Source: a virus
Taxonomy: Duplodnaviria; Caudoviricetes
Reading direction: 5' to 3' (one strand)
Length of the DNA stretch: 49,120 nucleotides
Virus record (IMG/VR): IMGVR_UViG_3300017754_001496
Coordinates: 1-49,120 of that record
The position numbers and the translations under genes are program-made. The notes beneath the pieces are model-generated. The model saw nothing but the letters and a program-made list of their open reading frames with translations, had not been told where the DNA came from and made no database searches. Of the stretch, positions 38,646 through 48,438 are shown one piece after another. Numbering within the stretch: the stretch's first letter is position 1; each line of letters opens with the position of its first letter.

Positions 38646-41600
38646 ATGTCAAGTTGTTCAATCATAAGAAATCCAGAAGATGGAAAAATAATAAAAGTGA
38701 TGGCTCCTAATGGTAAGCAATCACTTTTATTTCAGAATGCTTTAAATGCTTTAGGAGATCAAGAATTAGCTCTAAGAGTTTGGGCTAGAGCATATACATC
38801 TCCATTCAAAATTAGATATGGTGATTGGGAAAAAGGACTAACAAATCTAACATTAGATTATAATGGTGAGCCTAGTTTAGGCACTGTGATGAATCTTAAA
38901 GAAGGTGTTAACAGAATTATTCAAGCAGAGTATTCTCACTTCTATAGTTTTCAACCAGGAAGAGAGCAATGGACTGATTTAAAGTATGTTCATTCTTTTA
39001 TTAATCAGATTACTAAAAGATATCCTGACTTAAAGTTTACTATAAAAACAGATCCTCTTAGACCAGGAATGGGATTACCTGTTCTTGTACCTACTTTCAA
39101 AGACCTTACTGTTAGATATAACAGAGAAGAAATTGAAAGAATGAAAGTACCTGTAAATAAATTCATGGGTAAGTTGATGAGTAAGTTCCCAGGCCTTACT
39201 TATGAATGGATTAAACCATCTGATTTAAAACAAGAGGAACATGAAAGATCTGTTGGTAGTATTAGATCTTATGTAAAAAACAATAAGATTTATTTAGTTG
39301 AGGGAAGAGTTACACCTGAAGATGGAATAGAAGAAATCATGCATGTCTTTTTAGAGATGCTAAGACAATCTAAGCCAAACTTATTTAAAGGATTGTTTGA
39401 CAATACTTATGCAGATGAAAGATATGCTGCTGATTATTTGAATATCAAAAATTGGTATGACAGCAAAGGAGGTGACAATACAGATGAAGTAAGAAGTGAG
39501 TTCTTAGCTAAAATCATGGCTAAAGCAATGAAGCAAGAACTTGAGGTAAATCCTGATGGTAGACCTGCTTCTATGTTTGGTAAACTAATTCAACGATTTT
39601 TAGATTGGTTAGCTTCTGTTTTAGATACAGAAAGCATTAGACCAGGCCAAGCTATAAAAGATATTATAGGATATATTAATTCAGAAGATCTTATACTTCC
39701 TCTACCTGAGGATAGCTACATGTATTATAGTTTAGATCCTCCTGCTGATAGCAACTTTGATCCAGAAAGTAAAGATGATGCTGCTAAAATGAGTCCTAGA
39801 TTCAAGGGTAAAACAGCTAGAGAACTTAACATTGAAAAGATAAATGAAGGTATAGCAACCTTAAAGATGTTAAGAACAAATGTAAACTTGGGTGCAAGGA
39901 ATGTAATTGACATAATGATTCAAAATAATGAAGAGTTAGTCCAAGCATTAGAAAATGGTGATAGCTTTATTAGTGTAACTAATTATAAAGGAGCTCAAGA
40001 TACAGAAAGTACAAAAAGTAAATCTACTGAGCTGGGTGCTAATACTGGTAACTTCTTCCATGATTTAATGCAGAAGATACAGATTGATACAATCCTACAA
40101 AAGAAATCAGCAATAGATATATTTTTAGTTGAAAACTACTTTGAAGATTTCTTAAAAGATCATAAAAACTATATTCTATTTAATAACTATGATCCTGCGA
40201 TGCTCAAAAATATGGGGATGCAGATTGCTGTAATGTTACAAGGATTAGCTAATGAAGGTAAAGTAGCATTACCTGAAACTTCTATTGGAGTTAAAGATGT
40301 TGATGGTACTTTAGTATTAGGGCGTCTTGATATTATGGCAATTGATCAAAGAGGTGTCACAGAAGTAATTGACTTAAAAACAAAACTAAATCCAGGAATA
40401 GCTACATCCATCTTCCCTGATACATTATTCAGAAGACCATTTGACTTCAGAGGTGATTTTAAAGAAGGTGTTGCTGATGAGTTTACAGAGTTCAGAAATA
40501 AATCTGACTTAAATACTTATCATATACAGTTAGCAATTTATTCTGAGATGCTAAAGAGATTAGGAATCAGAGTAAACGAAGATGGACATCAAATTTTTGC
40601 ACTAACATTTAGTACAGCATTTGATGGATCAAAACCTTCAACCTCAACTAAGTTTGAACTTACTGGTTTTAACATTAAGAAGTATACTTATGGTAACTTG
40701 TCAACTGATCCTAGAATGTTTGACAATATTAATAAAGCTGCTGCTTATAGATTTGATCCAGATTCTAAAGTAAAAGCTACAGAAGAAGAGGAGGTAATTA
40801 CAGTTAAGGAAAATCCATTTAGTTCTTTATCAGATGATGCTAAAAATAACTTAATTGAAAAGTTAACAGCACTTGCAGAAGAACAATTAGCTGCAATTGA
40901 TAAAGAGATAAAAAAGGTAGATAATAATGAAGACATAGATATTGATAAGAAGATTGAAATTCAACATAGGTTAACCAGACAGAAAAGTTCAATCCTTGAA
41001 ATCAAACAGAATCTTAAAAATATCCAAGGTATCAGTGAAGAGAAAGTATCATTCAACAAAGCATTGGTAATCAAACTTGCATTAGATACATTCCAAAAAG
41101 AAATTGATAACATCAATGATAGAATAAAAGCATTAGAAGTACCATCTACTTTTAATCTTAAAAATCTACAAGATACTTATGTCTTGAAAGAACTTCAGGA
41201 CAACACTGAATCATTAGATAACATTGCAGAGTATTTGAATCTATTCATAGGTACTATATCAGCAATGGAATTAGATAATGATGTCAAAGCTAACATTACT
41301 AACTACTTAAGTTTAGCTGTTAACAAAGCCAACAACATCTCTATCAATTATGTTAATACAGGCAAGAAAGTAATGAAGGCCATATTAATGGAATCAATTG
41401 GTGAGAAAAAATTTGAATCAGTTTTTGGTGATATGAAGAAGGTTCTCCAGCCTGAACTTGATTGGATTAATAGAATGATTGCAAAGATGGAAGCAGGTGA
41501 AGCATCAACTGATCCATTCTTTAGTAAAGTGGGTAGACTTATAAATAACTTCTTCAGTACAACTAAGAATGATAAAGATAGATTGGAGTCTTTAAAAGAA

Positions 41601-44600
41601 AAGAAATTAGAGATAGAATCATTAATCAAAATGAATAAGCTTAATGATGAAACTCTAGATACTTACTTAGAAGGGCTTATCAATAATCCTAACTCTGCTT
41701 TCTACATGGGGTCTACTATTGCAGGTAATAATCCTATATTAAGTATGGATTCTATTATTGGTAGTAACTCCAACTCTGAAATGGCAATCAGTGGTTTGTT
41801 TCAATACATGCGTAACACATTAGAAGAAGCTAAGAATGAAGCAAGAAACTGGGCGTATGAAACAGATGTAGATACTAAGATAAATAATTTTGTGAATGCT
41901 GCTGGAGGTTCTGTTGCTGCTAATAAAGCAATATCAGAAGAAGTAGTTTCTCATGAAGTATTTGATAAAGATGGTAATGTAATTAAAGAACAAACTCAAC
42001 GTCAATTCTTAAATCCTGCAATACAGGAGCATGAGAATACTCACAACAAGTACAAAGCTCAAATGAGAGTCTTGGGTGAGCAGATTTCTGAGTTACATAC
42101 TAAAATTAATGAAGAGGCTAATGCCGCAACAAAAGAACAGCTTACTGAACAAAGAGCTGCTTTATATAAGCAACTTCATGATATTGAAAATGAATTTACA
42201 GAGTGGCAAATTGAAACAACAGAAACTCAAATAAAGCCTGAGATCTATAGATTGATGAAAGGAAGTGGTAAACATAACTCTCAGATTACTGATATTCTTT
42301 CTACAATTAATGAAATCATTACTGATGCAGGTGGAGAAGAAATGCTCACTGAAACAGATCAAGATATGATTGATGAATTGGAAGCACAGATGTCTAGAAT
42401 TAGACAAGAGATGTTAGAAGAGGATCCAGAGTCAGCTGAAAAGTTCAATGAGTTAATGAAGTATTTTAGTTATGATTTAAATATCAATCTTTGGACAATC
42501 AAAAGAGCAGATGTTATTAAAGAAGGTAATGCTACTAAACTAGCTAACTTTGATAGAAACAACACTGATATTGTTCCCACTGAAGAGTGGCAACAGTATG
42601 TATCTGATTTATTCAAAAGAATGGCTGATATACTTGGTGATGACCCTGAGTTGAAAAGAATAAACAAAGAAATCTCAGCTATCAAAAGAAGAAATCAAGT
42701 AAGAGGTAAGTTTAACTTTAAGTATATGACTGAAGAAGATATTCAAGAATATACTGACTTAATTAATCAAAGAGAAAAAAGAAGTGAGGAATTAAAAAAT
42801 AATCCTACAGGTGTTTTAACTGAAGCTCAAGAGCAAGAGTTAGCAATGATTAATGAGAATCTTAGAAGTGTTAGAAAAAGAGACCTGAGTGAAAATTATA
42901 AAAAAGAAAAAGAAAGATTAAAAAATAGAGTACTTAACAAGTATGAATTATACAAGGAGGCAGATAAAGAATTAAAAAATGCAGCAGTGACTACAGTTGA
43001 ACTAACTAATAAGTTAGCAGCTGCCAGAGCTCAATATGAGAGAGCTGAGGATGAGTTTGCTACATTCTTTAATAAGCATAATAATACTACATATAAACTG
43101 GGTGAGGATATCATTGCAAAGAAAAAAACTTTGAAAGAATCCCCTAAAGCTTATCTATATGAATATGTGCCTTCTAATGAGAAGTATTTAGAAAAAGTAC
43201 CTAACAAAAGATACAGAATCAGAAGACTTAAGGCAGAAGCATATAATCCAAATTACCAACCATCTTTCACTAAAGATAAGTTTGGAAGAGGAATGTTACC
43301 TATGCCTAAGGGAATTAGATATAATTCAGAAACTAAAACATTTGATGTAGATCCTAAGTCAAGATATGCAAATCCTGAATTCTTGAAGATGCAACAAAAC
43401 TCTGCAGCTCATGAATTTTATAAAACATTTGTAGTAGAAAATTTCTTACTAAAACAAAAGAATGCTAGTGGTAGGCCATTGGGATTCTGTTATCCATTTA
43501 AGCAACAAAGATTTGGAGACAATGTTATAACAAAAGGAGCAGAGGGTATTGTCAGAGAAGTAAAAGAAAAGGTTCAAGAGTTAGCTTATAAAAACAGTGA
43601 GTTTGAAAAAGCTAGTAATGAATCTGGTATGCTAGGTGAAGAGAAAGTAAGATTCAAAGAGAACACTAGAATGCCTGCTGATCTTACAACTACAAATGGT
43701 ATTGAAGCTTTATTAGAATGGAACTATGGTTACTATGCTAACAAAGCAATGGCTACTACAGGAACTCAAATGGATTCTGTACTATACTATCTGAGTAATA
43801 TCAGAGATAGATTAACTGGTATAAAGGATGAAACTAAAACAGAAAGAATTAATAAGATTGATACTATTATCAAGATAGTAGATTTTGAAAAAAGGAAGTT
43901 TGTTTATGGCCAGAGGTTTGAGAAAGAGAAAGAACCAAATAAATTCTTCAATAGAAAAACTGCAAGGATGTTAATGCAGTTAGCATCAGCAGGTAGAATG
44001 GCATTTGATATTCCTATGCAGTTTGGTAACTTACTCTCAGGTAATGTACAAACATTTCTATCTACTTCTTATAGTAGACATGCTGATTCAGAAGATTATC
44101 TTGGAGCTAAAAAATTAATATACAGCAGATGGTTTCCTAAGATGATTGGAGACTGGGGTAAAATATCTGATATCTCATTGGAAACAATGATATTTAGATA
44201 CATGAATCCATTAGGTGCAGATTTTACTCAAGAGTTAGATGGAGCATCTACAAGTAGAGCTAGAAAATTATTTGCAAGAGGTATTGATATACAAGATATG
44301 TCAATGGCTTTGCAAGATAAAGGTGAAACTGAAATAGGATTAACCACTATGTTGATGATCATGCTTAATACTAGATATGAAGTATTTGAAACAGATGCTA
44401 ATGGTGATCCCATAATTGAAGATGGTATTAAGAAAATTAAGAAAGATGCTGATGGTAATACTGTATATGTAAATGCAGTGGAAGCATTTGCTAAGAAAGA
44501 TGGTAAACTAATATTTAGAACAGATGTAAACATAAGTCAGAAAGATATCAATGATTTGAAAGGTACAATTATGAGTGAGATGTACAGATTCCAAGGTAAC

Positions 44601-45392
44601 TACTCTGCTTATACAGGTTCTCAATTTGGTAGCACACTATTTGGATCACTCTACAACTTCTATCGTAAGTATTTAATCCCTAGTATCTCAGCTCGTTTTG
44701 CATTTGGTGGATACAAAGGTGTAGGTAGTGCATACTCTTGGGATACACAAGAAGCATATACTGGATGGTATACATCATTCTTTAAAATGCTTAGATATTA
44801 TGGATTAGGGAGAACAAGTAAGGCATTACTTTATGATACATTCCTTCCTGGATTTGTAAAAAAATCTTTTAAATTATCTGATGAACAATTGTCCACAGAA
44901 GGTGCTGAATATTATAGAGCTAGAGCTGCAATGGCTGCAAGAGAAGTGTTAGCAGCATATTTGTGCTTACAATTATATTGGACACTCAGAGCAACACTGA
45001 AAGAAAATGATGAAGATGACTTAAGCTACTCTGAATTAATGATGATGAGATCATTAGTTAAGATGACAAATGAAACTCGTTCATTAGTACCTGTTCCAAT
45101 TTGGGGTAAACCAGAAGATTATATTGATACTTTCAGTAGTTACACTAGTGCCTTTAAAGAAGGTAAAACTCTTTGGGATATTGCAAAGCATTCTTTATAT
45201 TATTTTGATTATCAATTAACTGGAGATGAAGGTTCTTATGAATTAGGTTTTTATCAAAATGATACTCCTAGATTTGAGTCAGGAACTCCTAAATTACACA
45301 AAGACTTGAGTGATATTTCAGGGTATTCTAACATGGTAGATGTCTTCAGTCCTTATGAAGCAGCAAAAACTGCATTGAAATCTAAAGAATAA
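38646..45392 (+). CDS. Giant ejection protein 3 (2248 aa) with a degenerate zincin and a PD-(D/E)xK nuclease domain
   Basis: APNGKQSLL...FKIRYGDWE...DYNGEP N-terminal motif. EEIMH at 39330-39344. GNFFHDLMQ...PETSI...GRLDIMAID...VIDLKT...YHIQLAIY at about 40047-40541. Long helical C-terminal region. Confidence 0.75.
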   Translation: MSSCSIIRNPEDGKIIKVMAPNGKQSLLFQNALNALGDQELALRVWARAYTSPFKIRYGDWEKGLTNLTLDYNGEPSLGTVMNLKEGVNRIIQAEYSHFYSFQPGREQWTDLKYVHSFINQITKRYPDLKFTIKTDPLRPGMGLPVLVPTFKDLTVRYNREEIERMKVPVNKFMGKLMSKFPGLTYEWIKPSDLKQEEHERSVGSIRSYVKNNKIYLVEGRVTPEDGIEEIMHVFLEMLRQSKPNLFKGLFDNTYADERYAADYLNIKNWYDSKGGDNTDEVRSEFLAKIMAKAMKQELEVNPDGRPASMFGKLIQRFLDWLASVLDTESIRPGQAIKDIIGYINSEDLILPLPEDSYMYYSLDPPADSNFDPESKDDAAKMSPRFKGKTARELNIEKINEGIATLKMLRTNVNLGARNVIDIMIQNNEELVQALENGDSFISVTNYKGAQDTESTKSKSTELGANTGNFFHDLMQKIQIDTILQKKSAIDIFLVENYFEDFLKDHKNYILFNNYDPAMLKNMGMQIAVMLQGLANEGKVALPETSIGVKDVDGTLVLGRLDIMAIDQRGVTEVIDLKTKLNPGIATSIFPDTLFRRPFDFRGDFKEGVADEFTEFRNKSDLNTYHIQLAIYSEMLKRLGIRVNEDGHQIFALTFSTAFDGSKPSTSTKFELTGFNIKKYTYGNLSTDPRMFDNINKAAAYRFDPDSKVKATEEEEVITVKENPFSSLSDDAKNNLIEKLTALAEEQLAAIDKEIKKVDNNEDIDIDKKIEIQHRLTRQKSSILEIKQNLKNIQGISEEKVSFNKALVIKLALDTFQKEIDNINDRIKALEVPSTFNLKNLQDTYVLKELQDNTESLDNIAEYLNLFIGTISAMELDNDVKANITNYLSLAVNKANNISINYVNTGKKVMKAILMESIGEKKFESVFGDMKKVLQPELDWINRMIAKMEAGEASTDPFFSKVGRLINNFFSTTKNDKDRLESLKEKKLEIESLIKMNKLNDETLDTYLEGLINNPNSAFYMGSTIAGNNPILSMDSIIGSNSNSEMAISGLFQYMRNTLEEAKNEARNWAYETDVDTKINNFVNAAGGSVAANKAISEEVVSHEVFDKDGNVIKEQTQRQFLNPAIQEHENTHNKYKAQMRVLGEQISELHTKINEEANAATKEQLTEQRAALYKQLHDIENEFTEWQIETTETQIKPEIYRLMKGSGKHNSQITDILSTINEIITDAGGEEMLTETDQDMIDELEAQMSRIRQEMLEEDPESAEKFNELMKYFSYDLNINLWTIKRADVIKEGNATKLANFDRNNTDIVPTEEWQQYVSDLFKRMADILGDDPELKRINKEISAIKRRNQVRGKFNFKYMTEEDIQEYTDLINQREKRSEELKNNPTGVLTEAQEQELAMINENLRSVRKRDLSENYKKEKERLKNRVLNKYELYKEADKELKNAAVTTVELTNKLAAARAQYERAEDEFATFFNKHNNTTYKLGEDIIAKKKTLKESPKAYLYEYVPSNEKYLEKVPNKRYRIRRLKAEAYNPNYQPSFTKDKFGRGMLPMPKGIRYNSETKTFDVDPKSRYANPEFLKMQQNSAAHEFYKTFVVENFLLKQKNASGRPLGFCYPFKQQRFGDNVITKGAEGIVREVKEKVQELAYKNSEFEKASNESGMLGEEKVRFKENTRMPADLTTTNGIEALLEWNYGYYANKAMATTGTQMDSVLYYLSNIRDRLTGIKDETKTERINKIDTIIKIVDFEKRKFVYGQRFEKEKEPNKFFNRKTARMLMQLASAGRMAFDIPMQFGNLLSGNVQTFLSTSYSRHADSEDYLGAKKLIYSRWFPKMIGDWGKISDISLETMIFRYMNPLGADFTQELDGASTSRARKLFARGIDIQDMSMALQDKGETEIGLTTMLMIMLNTRYEVFETDANGDPIIEDGIKKIKKDADGNTVYVNAVEAFAKKDGKLIFRTDVNISQKDINDLKGTIMSEMYRFQGNYSAYTGSQFGSTLFGSLYNFYRKYLIPSISARFAFGGYKGVGSAYSWDTQEAYTGWYTSFFKMLRYYGLGRTSKALLYDTFLPGFVKKSFKLSDEQLSTEGAEYYRARAAMAAREVLAAYLCLQLYWTLRATLKENDEDDLSYSELMMMRSLVKMTNETRSLVPVPIWGKPEDYIDTFSSYTSAFKEGKTLWDIAKHSLYYFDYQLTGDEGSYELGFYQNDTPRFESGTPKLHKDLSDISGYSNMVDVFSPYEAAKTALKSKE

Positions 45393-45405
45393 TTATTATA
45401 TTATA
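45393..45405 (+). promoter_or_regulatory. Candidate late-promoter motif TTATTATATTATA
   Basis: Fills most of the 15-bp gap after the giant-gene block and matches 615-627 at 12/13. Confidence 0.35.
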
Positions 45406-45407
45406 GT

Positions 45408-45557
45408 ATGGCTAAAACTAAATCAAGTAACAGCATAGTTAAAAGGTTCATTAAGAAAGCTAAAGTCAGAAGACCAGGGGTTCATTCTAAGAAGAAAACT
45501 AGTGGTTTAAAGACTAGCAAGAACTATAAGAAACTTTATAACAGACAAGGCAAATGA
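45408..45557 (+). CDS. Small basic protein, 49 aa (absent from the ORF track)
   Basis: MAKTKSSNSIVKRFIKKAKVRRPGVHSKKKTSGLKTSKNYKKLYNRQGK*. It fills the gap and overlaps the next gene by ATGA. Confidence 0.75.
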   Translation: MAKTKSSNSIVKRFIKKAKVRRPGVHSKKKTSGLKTSKNYKKLYNRQGK

Positions 45558-47221
45558 CACCCACTGATAAACAGACTTTATGGAATGCTATCCTTAAGCT
45601 CAACAACAAACCTTATATAGGTAGTGGTTATGGTGCTTATAACAATGTAAAGAACCCAGCTCTTAGAGGTGGACTTTACACTTGGAAGTATAGAGACATG
45701 AGAGAGCTTTATGAGCAACTTGTAAAGTATTGTGAATTAGGTGAGTATGAGGCAACATGGAGAGTATTACAGAAGTATAAGACTAAAATCTATCCTGCAT
45801 ATCTTAGAAAGATTTATCAATCTTTGAACTGTATAGTAATTCCTACTGCTCCTATTGTCACTACTTCAGTATTTCCTAATGCAAATATAATTGGTGGCAC
45901 TATTGGTGGTGGAAATGTTACTTACAATGGTGGCAGTGCTGTAACAGCAAGAGGTGTTTGTTATAGTACAAATCCTAACCCAACCCTTGCAGATTCTTTT
46001 ACAGTAGATGGATCAGGAGTGGGTACATTTGCAAGTACAATTAGTTTATTACCATTAGATAGTACTTTTTACATTAGAGCATATGCTACCAATAGTACAG
46101 GTACAGGATACGGTAATGAAAGAGTAATTACTACTCCACCTTCATTTGTAGATGTAGGTCCTCAGAATTGGTCAACTACAAATCTTAGAGTAACTACCTA
46201 TAGAAATGGTGATACTATTCCTTTTGCAGCAAATTCATCTGAATGGTTAACTTATATTACTACACAAACAGGAGCATGGAGATATTACAATGATGATCCT
46301 AGCACAGAATTAATATATGGTAAATATTATAATTCATTTGCTATGCAGGATGCTAGACTATTAGCTCCAACTGGTTATCATCTTCCAACTATTTATGAAT
46401 GGAATGTCCTAAATAATTATTTAGCTAGTCAAAGTGAATTGATGTGTCAATTAAAAAACATATCATTAAATGTTTGGACTGCTCCTAATACAAGTGCTAC
46501 TAATGCATATTTATTTGAAGCAATGCCTGGTGGAGCAATTGGAGCTGGTTATAATGGTGGATTATCATATAATATGCCATCTTGGGGATACTATTGGATA
46601 TACACTCAAGATCCAGCTACTCCACGTTATGCATATTTTGGATTTGAAGGAAGTTGTGCTCCTCAAGATTTCGCACCTACTTTTCCAGGTCAAGGGATGA
46701 CTATTAGAATAATTGACAATGATAGCTTGGTAAGAGGTCAACAATTTGGTGGAGGTATGTTACTTGAAAATATTGGTACAGAAGGTATTACAGCTTGGAC
46801 TTATATTACTCCTGAAATCAGTGCAATAGTATATGGCGCAGATGATACATGGGGCTGTTCTGGACTAACTATAGGCGCAGGTAGTGTTGTAGATGGATAT
46901 ACTAATACACAACTAATGAAAGCTAGACCTTGTAATAATGTTGTTACTGCAGTAGGTAATCCTGCTAATTATTATAATGATTATAATGATTGGTATATAC
47001 CAGCAAGTGATGAACTATTACTTCAAATACAACAGGTTCCTGAATATGAAGCATTATTAGATCCAAGTAAAAGCTATTGGACCAGTACAGAAGTTGATGA
47101 TCTTGACGCAATAGCTTTGACTAATGGTACAAATACTCCAGGTGCTGGAAACTGGTATTTAACAGTAAAACCTAAAGGTATAGCATACCCTTTCTTAGGA
47201 ATGAGAAGACAACAATTATAA
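45554..47221 (+). CDS. Putative receptor-binding/surface protein: FN3-like + Fib_succ_major-like + DUF1566/Lcl-like domains
   Basis: VTARGVCYSTNPNPT...FYIRAYATNSTGTGYG (FN3-like). QNWSTTNLRVTTYRNGDTIP...YGKYYN...LAPTGYHLPTIYEW (Fib_succ_major). NDWYIPASDEL...YWTSTE (DUF1566-like). Confidence 0.78.
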   Translation: MTPTDKQTLWNAILKLNNKPYIGSGYGAYNNVKNPALRGGLYTWKYRDMRELYEQLVKYCELGEYEATWRVLQKYKTKIYPAYLRKIYQSLNCIVIPTAPIVTTSVFPNANIIGGTIGGGNVTYNGGSAVTARGVCYSTNPNPTLADSFTVDGSGVGTFASTISLLPLDSTFYIRAYATNSTGTGYGNERVITTPPSFVDVGPQNWSTTNLRVTTYRNGDTIPFAANSSEWLTYITTQTGAWRYYNDDPSTELIYGKYYNSFAMQDARLLAPTGYHLPTIYEWNVLNNYLASQSELMCQLKNISLNVWTAPNTSATNAYLFEAMPGGAIGAGYNGGLSYNMPSWGYYWIYTQDPATPRYAYFGFEGSCAPQDFAPTFPGQGMTIRIIDNDSLVRGQQFGGGMLLENIGTEGITAWTYITPEISAIVYGADDTWGCSGLTIGAGSVVDGYTNTQLMKARPCNNVVTAVGNPANYYNDYNDWYIPASDELLLQIQQVPEYEALLDPSKSYWTSTEVDDLDAIALTNGTNTPGAGNWYLTVKPKGIAYPFLGMRRQQL

Positions 47222-47223
47222 TT

Positions 47224-47373
47224 ATGGCAAAAGCAGGACTTTACGCAAACATCCATGCAAAGAGAGCTAGAATAGCTGCAGGCAGTGGAGAAAAAATGAG
47301 AAAAGTAGGGGCTAAAGGAGCACCTACATCTAAACAATTTAAACAAGCTGCTAAGACAGCAAAGAAAAAGTAA
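47224..47373 (+). CDS. Small basic protein, 49 aa (absent from the ORF track)
   Basis: MAKAGLYANIHAKRARIAAGSGEKMRKVGAKGAPTSKQFKQAAKTAKKK*. TAATG-coupled to the next gene; resembles a widespread small phage protein. Confidence 0.8.
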   Translation: MAKAGLYANIHAKRARIAAGSGEKMRKVGAKGAPTSKQFKQAAKTAKKK

Positions 47374-47618
47374 TGGCAACTAGAAAGAAAGTTTCAGCTG
47401 ATGGTGAGAAACATGTGATTTATAAGAAGACTAGTCCTACAGGAGTAGGTAAAGGTAAGAAAGGTCACATTATGGTTAATCATCCAACTAAAGATAAAGG
47501 TAAGTGGGATACTATTGACCTTACTCAAAAGGCAGGAGCTAAAACAGTGGCTCAAGGAGCTGCTGCTACAAGAAAGTGGCACAAAGAAAATCCTTATAAA
47601 AAGACAAAAAAGAAATAA
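47373..47618 (+). CDS. Small basic hypothetical protein (81 aa)
   Basis: Lys-rich ORF in the coding strand with a coupled start. Confidence 0.7.
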   Translation: MATRKKVSADGEKHVIYKKTSPTGVGKGKKGHIMVNHPTKDKGKWDTIDLTQKAGAKTVAQGAAATRKWHKENPYKKTKKK

Positions 47619-47621
47619 ACT

Positions 47622-48419
47622 ATGGCACAACCCCCTACAATCTACAAATCAGGTAAACTTAACTATGTGTGGAATTACCTAGGTAAAACATTAAAAGATT
47701 TTGCAACAGTACTTGCACCCTACTTACCAGGTGGTGGAGGAACTTCACTAGTTGCTGGAGATAGAGAAGTTACACTAACTGATAATGCTGGTGATGCAGA
47801 ATTAACTTTCAATCCTGGCACTGCAGTGATTCAAACATCAAGTAGTGGATCTGATTTATACATTAGAACATTAACAGGTGATGATATTATTCTTGAATCA
47901 GGAGATGATATTAGACTACAAGGTGATAAAGGTATTTATGATGGTGAGACTGAAGGAGGAGATATAAACATTTATGCTGGAGATGGTTCTGATGGAGATG
48001 CAGCTAATGCAGGTTCTGGTGGAGATATTAGAATTGAAGCAGGAGCTGCTGGTAACAGTATATCAGGTTCTCAAGGAGAAGGTGGCTTTGTAACTATTCA
48101 AGGTGGTTATGCTACAGCAACTGGTATACCAGGAGGAGATGTTAATATTTATGCAGGTAGTAGTGTTGATAACATATATGGTGAGGTTATTGTTGGAGGT
48201 AGTGTTAGATGGAGATATAATACAAGTAATGCAACACTTCTGTTTCCACTAGTAAACTTTGCTATATTACCAGATCCAACTACAGTGCCTGGAGCAAAAG
48301 CAATGATTAATGATTCTACTGTAGATGCTGCAACAAGATTTGGTGATATTGTTACAGTAGGTGGCGGTACTTTCACTGTACCTGTATTTTCAAATGGTAC
48401 AAATTGGTTAATTGGATAA
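47622..48419 (+). CDS. Gly-rich tail fibre/spike-like protein
   Basis: Repeats GGDINIYAGDG, GGDIRIEAGAA, GGFVTIQGGYA and GGDVNIYAGSS. The C-terminus VPVFSNGTNWLIG is typical of fibre-associated modules. Confidence 0.6.
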   Translation: MAQPPTIYKSGKLNYVWNYLGKTLKDFATVLAPYLPGGGGTSLVAGDREVTLTDNAGDAELTFNPGTAVIQTSSSGSDLYIRTLTGDDIILESGDDIRLQGDKGIYDGETEGGDINIYAGDGSDGDAANAGSGGDIRIEAGAAGNSISGSQGEGGFVTIQGGYATATGIPGGDVNIYAGSSVDNIYGEVIVGGSVRWRYNTSNATLLFPLVNFAILPDPTTVPGAKAMINDSTVDAATRFGDIVTVGGGTFTVPVFSNGTNWLIG

Positions 48420-48438
48420 TAAACTTATAATATAAAAA

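Noticed and set aside
39960-40690. Cas4 or a CRISPR system
   Set aside because: There are no Fe-S cysteines, other cas genes or repeat-spacer arrays.
26606-46700. Alternate-frame plus-strand ORFs at 26606-26797 and 46470-46700
   Set aside because: They are short, nested in well-supported genes and have no motif or coupling evidence.
47880-48200. GG dipeptides in the fibre gene as further cassette motifs
   Set aside because: Their context is GG-D-[IV]-x-I, a structural beta-repeat, without the upstream [FY]-Q-x pattern.
198-48376. Numerous 60-135 aa minus-strand ORFs in the track
   Set aside because: All are antisense shadows of long plus-strand genes, are rich in Ser/Leu/Phe/Ile and carry no recognisable motifs.
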